Notes under the pieces: model-generated
What the model saw: only the letters and a program-made list of their open reading frames with translations
Databases searched by the model: none
Told to the model about the DNA's origin: nothing
Part shown: positions 52,273 to 64,000 of the stretch, piece after piece
Numbering within the stretch: position 1 is the first letter of the stretch
How the letters are laid out: every line of letters begins with the position of its first letter
Program-made: the position numbers and the translations under genes
Assembly: GCA_040954595.2 (NCBI GenBank)
Contig: CM082589.2
Span: 9,250,894 to 9,314,893, forward strand
Source of the DNA: Balanoglossus misakiensis
Lineage: Eukaryota > Animalia > Hemichordata
Reading direction: 5' to 3'
DNA length: 64,000 bases

Positions 52273-55200
52273 TCACGAGAGTACAAAATCATCGAATTTG
52301 CTCGGTAGTTTACTGTTCCGCTTTGGGCGATCCACAGAACAAGGAGCAAGTGTTTCTTGAGCGGTGTCTGCCTTGAGTGCGCATCTGACATCTGGCTGGC
52401 GATCACCTGTTTCATCAGTTGCAGTGCGGCTGGATGCTGCATTGTGGTGCGGTTGGTGCGTGGGCTTTACATGAACTAAATCACGCTGATATTTAACTCC
52501 CTCCGGGGTCCGGATGGTGTATCTGCGATCAGACGACTTGTCAATCACCGTAGCTGGTTGCCAGGTTGACTTTGGTGTCTTCTGAAATCTGCATGGGGAG
52601 CCAATATGGAGTGGCATTTTTTCAGCATGTCCTCCATGAGGTATGTAAGAGGTCAAAACTCGGTAGTCTGCACCAGGTTCTGCGCCAGGCGCATTTTCAT
52701 AAAAGGGAACTCTGCGCCATGTGTTTGCACCATGCATTCTGCGCCACCCTTTGCGCCAAGCGATCTGCGCCACCCTATTCACGTACGTGCATGTGTAGGA
52801 TGGACGGTAACAACGCAGCGTCCCAGTACACGCACAATATACACGTTTGTACATTACATGTTTATTTCAAATGAAAGGTAATTAAAAAGAACTTTTGTAC
52901 AGCGTGTAATTTCTGAAAATTGTTGAGAAAAAAAAGTAAATTCAAGTTCGTTCGCGGGCTGAATGGGTTAACAGGAACAGTTGGAATCCTGGAAACTACT
53001 GATAACTTCGTAAACAACGTTCAGTCTATTATTTCTTCAGAAAACCGTTGAGAGATGATTGTTTTAGGGAACATCGCTTCTGCACAATGGCGTTCGGTCA
53101 TCGATTTCAAATTCTGGATTTCGGTGAGATAGCGAGTCGCCATCTGGGTCGACGTTTTCAGTGTTGTCACTCATGTTTTACTGTCATAATTAATATTCAC
53201 CGATAAGATTAATAAATCGCCGCCCTAGTCGACACTACGTGGCCTCACTGTAGGTTGTATTGTTTACAACAGAGATTCACACCTCGCCAAGGGGTGGCTT
53301 ATCAGTAAATTGCTAACGAAGTGTTGACAAACCGTCGTCTTGACTATTGTTCGGAAGACAGGAAAACCAAAATTAGCACATCGTTGCGGTAATTTTTGAT
53401 GAAAGACATGATGTCAACCTTTTCAATGAAGTGATCGGTTGAATTTGAGGGGTGGGACCGACCAACGCTGTCGGTGTTCGAAGTGGCAATGATCACTTTA
53501 CGTGATGTCATCACGAGAATGCGTCGCGTTATCGACCAAAATTCGTGTAATAACCCCTTTATCGTACATGCCTACCTATAAAACAGTACGATTTGCGAAA
53601 ATGCACCGAGAAAAAAAATTTCACGGCCAGAAATTTGAACAGGACGTCCTGAGATCACAGCAGTAGCCCATAGCCAAGTGAGACTGGGCGATGCGATCAG
53701 GTGATCAACGTGTAGGCAGTAGTATCATTCTAAGGGGCTGGCAGCTTCAATTACGATGGGCACATCCGCATTCTGAATAAAATTGTCTACGTTCTCTTTC
53801 CAAATAACAAGTTAACAATTATTTTGCATTGAGAAATACGACGCAAGAAAAATGATACATTCAACATGGCAAAACCACGGGGTTTGAAAACGTTATTACA
53901 TGCTTTATTTTTATCGATCGTCCATCAATGGTCCCCTAGGACTGCGAGGCGAACGCGAACGAGACCCAGGCTCCACTGGGACGCCGCGTTGTTGCCGTCC
54001 ATCCTACACATGCACGTACGTACGCAGATCGCTTGGCGCAAAGGGTGGCGCAGAATGCATGGTGCAAACACATGGCGCAGAGTTCCCTTTTATGAAATGC
54101 GCCTGGCGCAGAACCTGGTGCAGACTACCGAGTTTTGACCTCTTACATACCTGCCTCCATTTGAGTTTGCTCGCTGCTCGATTCTGTCTCTGTAGACATC
54201 TGAGGCTGGTTGATGACCGTACCGGTACTGTATGAATGGAAGATTTGTCTCCACCTTTCTGCCGGGGAACATCAACGCGAATGGAGACGGAACGTCTGCT
54301 GTGATGGGTGTATCATGTAGCGTTGTGAGGATTTCTCTCAGGTTTTCCTCTCCTTTCTTGAGCGACTTTTAAGCATGGCTTTCACCGTGCCTCTTTCTGC
54401 ACGCCCATTCGCTTGTTGGTGATAGGGTGCACTGGTGGAATACCGTATTTCATGGGATCTGCAGTACTCGTGGTATCATTCCTCACTTATGAGTTGTGAG
54501 CCGTTGTCGGAAATCAATTTCTCGGGGTAGCCGAAATTGGAGAAAATTTCGTCTAGCTTGCCGATGACTGTTGAGCTTCGTGTGTTGGGTAGCTTGTTTG
54601 CCCAGACGAAACCTGTGTAGTAGTCAACGCTAAGCAGGTACTGAGATGACTCAAACTCGAATAAGTCGCTGCCAATCGTCTGCATGGCTTCAATGCTGTG
54701 GATTGGTTGTACTGGAAGCTTGGTTTGGCTTCGCTGATATGACTGACATTGGTTACAGTCGCGTACCATGTTTTCGATGTCTGCGTTCAGACCGGGCCAG
54801 TACACTGATTGTCGGGCTCGAAGTCTGGTTTTCTCGACACCTTGGTGCTGTTGGTGAAGTACTTGTAGGATGTGTTGACTCATACTGGACGGTATGACGA
54901 TTCTGTGACCTTTCAGCACAACACCCTTAGAGCGATGCTGTCAGTATGCGTGGGCTGTTTCGTTGCACTGGTTCTTCTCTTTCGGCCATCCGTTTGTTAT
55001 GTACACAGACAATGACTGAAGAACTGAGTCAGCGTCAGTCAGTTGGCGGATCCGATCTATGACAAAGGGCTTCATAGTGGAAATTTCGTGCACATGAACA
55101 TCAACATCAGGAAACTGATATGTGGTCTGCTTCGTGTCTACGCATCTGGAAAAACAGTCGGCGAGTGGTACGTCCTGACCTGGGACGTAATGGATAGCGT

Positions 55201-57045
55201 ACTTGTATCCCTGTATGTGTAGAATCAGTCTCTGCAGCCTAACTGGCATCTTGCAAATTTGCTTCTTTGCTATCGCTTCTAGTATAGTGGCTTGTGGTCG
55301 GTGTGAATGGTATAACGTCCACTAAACACGTAGTGCTTGAAGTGTATCGTTGCCCATACAACAGCTAACATCTCGCGCTCTATGTTGCTGTAGTTAGACT
55401 CAGTGGGGGTGAGGGCTTTCCATGCGAAATGGATTGGTTTGCCATTCTGCAGTAACACAGCACCTAGACCTTTGCATGATGCATCACACTGGATCACGAT
55501 TTCTTTGCTAGCGTCGAAGTCGGTAAGTACTGGCGCTTTGGTGATAGCATTTATCCTGTGTAGTGCTTGGTCGTGGCTTTCAGACCAAATAAACAGGACG
55601 TCTTTCTGTAGTAGTTTTCTGAGTGGTTCAGTCAGTGGACTCAGCTTCACGAACTTTGACAGGTAGTTTACGAGACTGAGGAGTGACTGTAGCTCTTGTT
55701 TGTTTGTTGGCGCTTTCAGTTTCTGGATTGCAGCCACTTTAGATGGGTCGGGCGATACTCCATCTTTGCTCAGGATGTGTCCGAACAGCTTAACTCTGTC
55801 TTTGTTAAACTGACATTTCTCGCCGTTGAGCTTGACATTGTTCTGTCTGCAGGCTTTCATGACATTTTGTATGGCTATGTCATGTTGTTGTCTGGATTCG
55901 GCAGCAATGAGGATGTCATCCTTTATGCAGTATTCATTGCTGACCTTCTGGAAAATCCGATCCAGCTCAATCTTGAATACTTCTTGGGCTGAGATGAGTC
56001 CAAACGGTAGGCGTGTGAAGCAATATCTGCCGTATATAGTGCTGAATGTGGTGAGGAGTTGCGATTCCTCATCAAGTGGGATATTCCAATATCCGCTTCT
56101 GAGATCAAGTGTTGAGAAGTACTTTGCGTTCTTCAGCTCTGGAAGAATGTCATCAAGAGTTTTCGCGTAGTAGTGTGGACGTTTGATGAACTTGTTAAGT
56201 TCGCGTGGGTCCAGACATATGCGTAGGGATCCGTCAGCCTTTGTGACAAGTACAATGTTGTTGACCCATTCAGTCGGTTCCTGTACTTCCCTGATGACGC
56301 CGATTTCAATCAGACGGTCAAGTTCTTGTCTGAGAGGGGTTTTCAGTGCGTCGGGTGTTCTCCTTGTTGCGTTAACTGTGGGCACTGCTCCATCAGACAG
56401 CTGGATTTTGTGTTCATTTTGGATTTTGCCAACACCTTCGAACACATCAGCGTTGTCATTGATGAAATGTTCCTTGCTGGTGTACGATGCGATTTCTTTC
56501 ACATCAAATTTCTCAAAGCAGCTGTGTCTATCACAGGGAAATTTCACAAGTCCTAGCTTGGCGCATAAGCTGAGGCCGAGTAGGTTGTTCCCCTGTTCTG
56601 AGATGAAGGACACGACGTTAAGTAGACGGGCGTTTTGATGCTCGATGACCGGGACAGTTACTTTCCCATGGTTTGGGAAACGTTTGCCTCCATATCCGCT
56701 AAGACGCATATCAGTTGTGTCTGGCTTGTGGTTTGGGCCAAACAGTGTTCGGTATGTGGTATAGTCATGCGTTTTCTTATCATGCTGATCAGCTGGTTGA
56801 GTGTTTTTATTGGTGGTAGAGCGGCATTTCTTTGCCCAGTGGTTGCGATTGCCACATTTCCTGCAGTCCTGTCCGAAAGCTGGACATTTTCTTGGCGGGT
56901 GGTCCAGGCCACAGTTTCTGCATTCCCCACCTGTGTTTTGCTTCAGCTTGCTTTGTTTGTGGTTATGCACCTTCGCCCTGGCGGAGTGTACAACTTCTCC
57001 TGGTTCAGGCGGCGTTGCTTGCCCCATAGTCTTCAGTGCAGACAC
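52273..57045 (-). pseudogene. Gypsy gag-pol (zinc knuckles, RT, RNase H, integrase), with stops, frameshifts, deletions and a MITE insertion
   Basis: CRNCGLDHPPRKCPAFGQDCRKCGNRNHWAKKC; LRICLDP, LDLRSGYW, RLPFGL, IKDDIL; CDAS, YSNIERE, TDHKPL; HQQHQGVEK..C..C, IGSDLF, ISDNG, PYHQQANGRAER; C-terminal WQPATV..RRYTI. The protease DTG motif is not seen, apparently deleted. Confidence 0.92.
52638..54153. mobile_element. 1.5-kb non-autonomous DNA transposon with ~180-190-bp TIRs and 7-bp TSD (P-superfamily-like)
   Basis: TIRs at 52638-52827 and 53975-54153, termini (G)AGGTATGTAAGAGG...CCTCTTACATACCTG. CCTCCAT is duplicated at 52631-52637 and 54154-54160. Confidence 0.88.
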
Positions 57046-57359
57046 ATGCGCATTGGCGGCTTCATAAGTTCTACTGAGGGCTATGGCTTCATTGAGCGTG
57101 TATTTTTTAGGTTTTGTTAACAGCTCTTTCTGGAACTCAAGTATTGGCGTAGCGGCAATGATTAAATAGGTCGAAGGATTCAGTTAAATTGTCCGACTCC
57201 CAGTTCATAACCGGTATTTTGTTTGCCATGGTCGTTTCGGGAAATGTGCTCGCTGTGTGTTGCTAGGTATATGCTATACATTAGGCTAGGCTGTGTTCAC
57301 ATCAAAAGTCAACTTACGCCAATTGCTTTGGATTGGGTATCACTCGTCTTCTGATGTCA

Positions 57360-57377
57360 ACCGTCACTGGGTCACCA
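57360..57377 (-). other. Primer-binding site
   Basis: Minus strand TGGTGACCCAGTGACG immediately follows the 5' LTR. The first 9 nt match the tRNA-Trp-type PBS TGGTGACCC. Confidence 0.65.
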
Positions 57378-57608
57378 TGTTATGTTTACTGACTCGGTGA
57401 GATCAAGTTATGTTTTGTGTAACTCGTTTCATGAGAAACTTCAACTGGAACACGAACACAACAACTGTACGTTCTGCTAGTACAAGATGGCAGCCATGAA
57501 CGCGGGAAAAATCATGACCTTACAATGTCATATGAACTCTGCTAGAGGGCGCTCTATCAAAGCATTGCATGTGGTATGCTATAGTGAGATTATAGGTATA
57601 TCATAACA
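57378..57608 (-). repeat. Gypsy 5' LTR
   Basis: Direct repeat of 51779-52010 with TG...CA termini. Confidence 0.95.
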
Positions 57609-57802
57609 GACATTTTTTTTTTTTTTTAATTTATTTAATTTAATTTGGGAGATAAAGAATTTTACAGCGCTCAAAAAACAGATGCTGATACATTTAAAGG
57701 TACAGATACAGATTCAGTAACAAATATTACATATTAAATTGTGGTATATATTAAATTGTTGTATATGCAATTTCAAAGGAGATTCTCAAGTTACAGATAT
57801 CA

Positions 57803-60800
57803 TTAATAATCAAAATTTTCCCATTTCAGTAAAGCATTCTCTATACATTTATTTCTTTTGGCAATATACATTTCCACTTTCTTCATAATTCGTACATTTA
57901 TTTTCACAATATTGAAGGAAGGGAGACCTTACAATCATAAATAGTATTCTTTGTGACAAGTATTACGCGATTTAAAAGTAAATTAAGAGATGCATCTCCC
58001 AAGAGAATTTGTTTAGCGGAAAGATTAGGAGGTGCATCAAGTGCAGAGCCCCACAGGAGCAAAACGCTTCTCCATAAAGTTTGTACACATTCACACTCTA
58101 CAAATAGATGAAGAATGGTCTCGTCGACTTTTTGACAAAAAGTACAAAGACTACTGTTAACTCTGGGAGGATTCATATGAAACAAAATACGGTTTGTATA
58201 TAAAACATTATGATTTAACTTCCACTGGAACTCTTGCAATTTTGTTTCTATTGTGACCTTGAATGGTAGTGCAAAAATGTGACACCACTCATTTTTGTCC
58301 ACAGTTAAAAACTGTGAAAAGTACAGCACACTCTTTGGAGGAATTACATAACTTGCTGTGAAAAGTTTTCTAATATTTTTCACCGTACACTTCCTCAATG
58401 GCATAACTTTGTTACAAATTATTACACTGATAGGCAATTCTGGCCTAATTACTTCCACATTACATTTCTTCCAATTTGATGGAATTGACTGTAAAATACC
58501 TTGCCATTGTAAAAGATGGTTAAGAGTACATCCCATAGCAGATAAATCAAACCACGTTTTCAAATTATTGTATTGATTAAAGATGTCTACAATGTACACT
58601 ATACCTTTTTGGAAGAAAAACTTATTAAAAATTGAACAATTGTTAATGAGAATTTCTTTGTTGTTCCAAATGATTTGTTGCGTAAAACCAAAATAATTAC
58701 AAGGATTAATGTCACTCCAAAATTCCAACATTTCAATGACAAAGTCTGGTAGTTGAATGGGAAGAGGTTATACACTGTAGTTACACCTGAAAATGAGTCT
58801 GCCACCAATTGGTTGCAGAAAAAAATCCAAAATTAGTTTCCATGGGAGCTTTGTCTCAGACACGTAGCGCTTAATCCATGAAATTTTAAAAGCTTTGTAC
58901 AATGCAAAAATGTCTATCATGCCTATTCCCCCTTCTCTAATATCACCGATTATCGTATTTCTGCTGACCCTATCAGGGCCATTCCAAATAAATTTGTGGA
59001 TGACACTGTTAATTGTTTTGATATCTGAGATTTTGATATTTATAAGGTTGAAAATGTACAGAAACTTGGAAATTATCAATGTTTTAACAATCTGGATTTT
59101 ACCAATTAAGGTAAGCCCTCTGGACCGCCAGTGGCAAAGCAAACGTGACATAGATTCTAAGGGACCTTTAATATTTTCTTTATAAGCAGCAGCAAGGTTA
59201 TAAGAAAAGAAAATGCCAACAATTTTAATTGGCATCTCTGGCCATTTTATACCAAAAGGTTTATCCTCTCTGTGCCTCCATTTGCCAAGCCACATAGCTT
59301 CCGTTTTGTTACGATTTATACATAAACCAGATGCTAAATGAAAATTGTTTAAAAGAGAAATAAGATTCACAGCAGATGTTTCGTCTGCCAAGAAACATGT
59401 CAGATCATCTGCAAATGCAGCATTTTTGATTTCTTTGTTTAATATACCAATGCCATGAATATTATCATTTTGTTGAAAAGCAACAAAAGTACTTCCAACC
59501 CAATGATAAAAAGAGCTGGGGATAGAGGGTCTCCTTGACGAACACATCGCTGTAAATCAAAATATCCTGTTGAGAGGCCACAATTAAGAACACAGCTGGT
59601 TGGATGTGAATAAAAAGTGCGAATCCAATTCATAAGAGAAGGGCCAAAATTTAAAGCTTCAATACAGAAATGGCCATTCTAGGCTGTCAAAAGCCTTCTC
59701 AAAAGCTACTGCCATAAGAATACCAGGTAAGTTTTCCATTTTTGTAAACTCCAAAATGCTATCTATGATTCTTACACAATCACCTATTTGACGACCCTTT
59801 ATAAAAGCACACTGGGTCTCATTAATAATATTATGCAAGATCTTGTCTAAATGTCTAGAAATACATTTCGCACCAATCTTGTAATCAACATTTAAGAGTG
59901 TAATGTGCCTCCAGTTTTTAACAAAACGTTTGTCTTTACCCTTTTTCTCAATGAGAGTGATAACACCTTGCTTCTGACTGTTTGACAAAACACCCATCTC
60001 ATAACCTTTGTTTAAAGAATAAACAACATAGTAACCTATAAGAGGCCAAAATTTCATATACAATTCAACAGACAGGCAATCATTACCTGGAGTTTTGTTT
60101 GATGGCATACTAGAGAGGGCCTGGAACGCTTCATCATAAGTGATGAGGCCATCACAAGAGGCACTATCTGTATCAGTTAACATGGGCAAGTTTACCATGT
60201 TGAAAAAGTCAGTAATGGAGTTCAGATTTTAATGATTTTGTTTACTATGATAAAGCTTGGAATAAAAAGACTTAAGTTCTCCTAAAATCTCTTGAGAGTC
60301 CGTTATCCTCCTTCCTTCATCATTTATAATTTGGACACTGTGGGACTTCTTAGAATTAGCCTTTTCCAAACTAAGAAAATACTTTGTATTCTTTTCCCCC
60401 AGCTCATACCAGTTTGCTCTTGAACGAATAATGCTACCTTCAACAACGTAATCTAATTCTATCTGCAATTCCTTTCTTATACATTCAATCTCATCCCTAA
60501 TCTCATTGGATGGATCAGAAGCTAGAGCTACCTCCATATGGGTAAGCTTGGTCTCAAGCTCAGAAATATTATCTCTTCTAGCTTTTGCCTTTTGTTTCCC
60601 ATAAGAAAGAGAGGCTGTCTTAATTTTGTACTTCAAAAAATCCCAAACTTGAATTGGCTCTTGAGAGTGGTACTCATCTACCCAATTTTCAAAGTTGCCA
60701 TAAATAAGTTTGATAAACTGATCATCTAGAAGAAAGCTATTATTGAACTTCCAGTAGGAATGCCCAAGCCTGGCTCGACTATCACCAATGGAAAGAGTAA

Positions 60801-61536
60801 TTGCAGAATGGTCACTATAATTACAAGAAATGATATCTGTATCTGAGACAGCTTGCTGCAGAGAGCTGCTCACTAAGAAATAATCTAAACGACTCTGAAT
60901 TAACTCGGGACGCAATTTGCTCCAGGTAAAACGTCTCGTGGAAGGATTACGGACTCTCCAAATATCCGAAAGATAAAATTTAGCACAAAGCTCACTCAAA
61001 ATAGTAGCTGACTTTTTCCACGTGGTTGGGTTTCCACCTTTCCTGTCCAAGTTAGGATTTATAGTCATATTATGATCCCTTACCCAAATAATCTCTCTAT
61101 CTGGTTCTACTTCCATAGCATAAAGCATTTCAGTGATCTGTGAAAGATATGAAACATGCTCAGTTTCATTATAATAATAATTTAATAATTTTTCATTATT
61201 TGGACCATAACAATTTATGAGTAAATACGGCTTTTCAAAAATATCTACTGAAATAATAATCCGACAATCTTTATCGGTACTTACATTATAAATAGAGAAA
61301 TGTACATTTCTAAAAATAACAAGTACACCTCTACTATTGGAGGTACCGTGTGAAAAAATAAAATGGCCAGGGAGTAGACTTGGCCACAGCTGTTCATCTT
61401 TAGGCACACTATTAGTTTCTTGAAGGAAAATGATATTTGGATTTTTCTTTTGCAACCACTGAAAAACACCTTTTCGTTTCTTATAGTTAGCAATACCACG
61501 CACATTTGCTGAAATTACATTATAGTTCTCTGACAT
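57803..61536 (-). pseudogene. LINE ORF2 (AP endonuclease, RT, C-terminal zinc knuckle), frameshifted
   Basis: ANVRGI, FLQET, NCYGPN, SRLDYFL, SDHSAI; KTPGND, NWRHITLLNVDYKI, FEKAFD, VRQGDPLSP, FADDLT; CTFCQKVDETILHLFVEC. Split across the ORFs at 60229, 59659, 59439, 58768 and 57904. Confidence 0.93.
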
Positions 61537-61969
61537 CAAATTTGACAGAAAATAACTGTACAAAGATGCACTGAATTTTTTCTAAATCTCCCAAAATTTT
61601 CAAAATAGAAAAGAAAAAAGGAAAAAAAATGAACTCTACAACGAGCTCAGCATAGACCGAAAACAAAACAAAAAAAACAACAACAGGCAAGGTGACGGAT
61701 CTGGCGTAAAGCAATTTAGGGAGGTGTGGGGAAAGAATATCTCCCCAACAGCGATAACCATAGTCAAAAGCATAATTGACTAATGCAGTAAAATGAAAAA
61801 AGAGAGAGAGAGAAAAAACAAGACATGAATGATCACAACATCGAATAACAGGTCAACAAAAAGCATTTCTCTAATGGCAGGTGTCCATGTATACAGACAA
61901 GTAAAAGAGGACTGATCACCAGTAGCGACATTGCTCTCACACTGACATCAAAAGGATATGATAAACAAG

Positions 61970-62811
61970 TCAATGTCTTTGCTGGTAATCTTGTGGTGAA
62001 GGCGTGTATTTTGAGTTGTTGATGTAGAGTTGACCATTTACGAACTTGACTTTCTTTTTTTCGTTGTACGGAGGCTTTGCTTGACTTTATAGTCCGCTGG
62101 GCACAAGTCTGGTTTGACAAAAATGTCCGTACCTCTGAAAGCCGTACGCCAGTTTCTCAGTAGTTCACTCCGCTGTAATCGAAGAGGGAGTTTAACGATG
62201 ATATGCCTCGGTTTGCCAGATTTACTGCGAGTGTCTTTCACACTTGGACTGCGGTGGGCATTGTCAATCAAAATGTCCGCCATCTTGAACTTTTCTGCAG
62301 CGAGTCTCTTTATGGTTTCAACGCAATTTTCATCTTCTTTTTCGGGTATGCCTCCAATACGGAGATTGTAGTTTCGGGAGTATCTTTCAAGCCTTGTCAC
62401 CGAACTCTCAACTTGTTCATTTCTTTTGGTAAACTCCTCTAATTTTGTTTGAAGTTTCTGAAAGTCTGCCTTCAACTCCACGTTCTCTCCCTTCAGCGTA
62501 TCTATGTCGTCATATGCATACTGCATGGCCTTTTCAAGTTCAGTGTATTTCGTTTCAACAAGTTCCATTCTTTCAGACAGCTTTCGTTGTTCAGTTATAA
62601 TCGTTGAAACCCGGTCAGATATCGAGCCCACTTTCTCCTCTAAGTCCTGCAGACATTCCTTCATTAAGGCTTTCAGCGAGTCACGAGAGAAGCCACTCTC
62701 ACCTTCTCGCACGCCCGGTTCTGATGTACCGCCGCCATCTTTGAAGTACGCTGCGATGTCTTGGTTGTCCGTACCGACTTGTTTGCTCTTATTTCGGGTT
62801 GCGTTTGCCAT
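61970..62811 (-). pseudogene. LINE ORF1 (coiled coil + L1-type RRM), frameshift near the C-terminus
   Basis: Heptad-rich region then ERYSRNYNLRIGGIPE, IDNAHR, PRHIIVK. The typical tail KFVNGQLYINN lies in another frame after ~62060. Confidence 0.85.
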
Positions 62812-64000
62812 ATCACTTCCAGGTCCGCTACAAGCGTTCTAGGTAACTTTAAATCAGTAACAGTAATGTCAAATGTTAAACCTGGTGGACTATTACCATG
62901 AAATTTCGACCTGCTTTTAGTGACGGTGTGACCACACTGTTCACTCCAGCGCCATGACCTATGACCCCTGTAACATAACAGACATAGTAGTCAAAGTCCA
63001 GTATGTGTTTAAAATGATACCCTGGTCACACACAGTGACAAATATCAGCCTTTGACTATTGTGTCAAATTATCTAATCTGTGCATTGTTAATAACCCACT
63101 GTGAAGTTTAGTCCAGGTAATTCATTTTCAGTGTGGAAACATACTATGCTTTGAATACATGTTGCATATGGAGTGTTGAAGGTTATAGTTGGATGTAGTT
63201 TTCCAAGCAATTAGGACATTTTTATATATCGCTATATACTATTTCATTGGTTGATAAACATCATGATTCTTCACGTCACGATGGAAACTGAAAAAAAAAA
63301 TATTGCTTTATATTCACCAAAAACTATTTTTTTCACCATTGCTATGAAAAATAAAGCACAAAAAACGTAACACTTAACATCTTACAGTAAAGGGCATTGC
63401 CTGTCGATGTGATACACTTTATCATATAACTTCAAAACTGGTAGCTAGGGCAGTGTTTGCACAGAGGAGTCCCTTAAATGCCTTCGCTCATTCACACCTC
63501 TTCAGTGATAATGCCTGGATTATATTGACATGAAGCTGATTTTAACACCCAAACACTGAAAATATTGTAGCAATCAATAATATAACCTACACACGGTGTA
63601 AAAGTCATCGTGTTTTAAAGTTATGTTGATGCCTGATGTGCATTGTGACTCACGGGGCATGCAAGGGTAAAGCTTGTCCAAAGTTGACAAAGCAAAATAC
63701 CAGACTAAGTGCCTGTTTTAATATGTGCCTCTTTCCAAGGACCTTGGTGACGAGGCATAAATTTGGGAATGTTCACGGGACCCATTTTTTCACTGGACCC
63801 GCACATGTAATTATATAACCATGAAATTGAACTGTTCCCGGGAGCTACCGAGTGTTGCCTTGTTTCACCCGCAGGTTACTAGCTAGGGTTTTTACACTGC
63901 CGGCAGTAGTTCCAAAAACTAGCTACACTGCGTAGTGATTGGTTGACTATATATGAATATGCATGAGGTCTGGTTTATAAGGTTCTACACAGATGTAGTG

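Larger units (their letters stand above)
51779..57608 (-). mobile_element. Gypsy/Ty3 LTR retrotransposon, decayed
   Basis: Two ~232-bp LTRs TGTTATG...CATAACA. Domain order gag-RT-RH-IN on the minus strand, with PBS and PPT. Flanks GACAC (51774-51778) / GACAT (57609-57613). Confidence 0.95.
57614..62973 (-). mobile_element. Full-length L1/Tx1-clade LINE
   Basis: ORF1 plus ORF2 (APE-RT-Cys), poly(A) tail (T-run 57613-57627) with AATAAA nearby. 12-bp TSD CATAACAGACAT at 57602-57613 and 62974-62985. Confidence 0.93.

Noticed and set aside
52273-52854. 193-aa ORF as an independent gene
   Set aside because: Chimera of MITE TIR sequence and the Gypsy integrase C-terminus.
52950-52972. piggyBac-like end GGGCTGAATGGGTTAA inside the long-TIR MITE
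   Set aside because: No matching opposite end found nearby.
62986-64000. Possible gene or element in the terminal kilobase, including a weak inverted similarity between ~63020-63046 and ~51590-51615
   Set aside because: No convincing ORF, termini or repeat structure; the similarity is too short and mismatched.

Overview
Eukaryotic, AT-rich, repeat-saturated DNA (probably an invertebrate animal; inference only) with no recognisable host gene. From left to right it contains: (i) a long palindrome and a degenerate ~830-bp tandem array (0.36-9.7 kb) that appears to derive from the adjacent Helentron-type non-autonomous element (9.8-11.2 kb); (ii) a ~28-kb satellite of 175/192/194-bp monomers in variable higher-order repeats (13.75-44.5 kb), starting directly after a tRNA-like A/B-box remnant, interrupted by a TA-flanked decayed Tc1/mariner-like element and ending at a TTAA-flanked MITE; (iii) a structurally complete Ngaro-type tyrosine-recombinase retrotransposon (45.3-49.6 kb); (iv) a decayed Gypsy LTR element (51.8-57.6 kb) carrying a long-TIR MITE; (v) a full-length L1/Tx1-clade LINE (57.6-63.0 kb) whose target-site duplication includes the end of the Gypsy LTR. 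The many short ORFs in the repeats are artefacts. All identities and counts were judged by eye.
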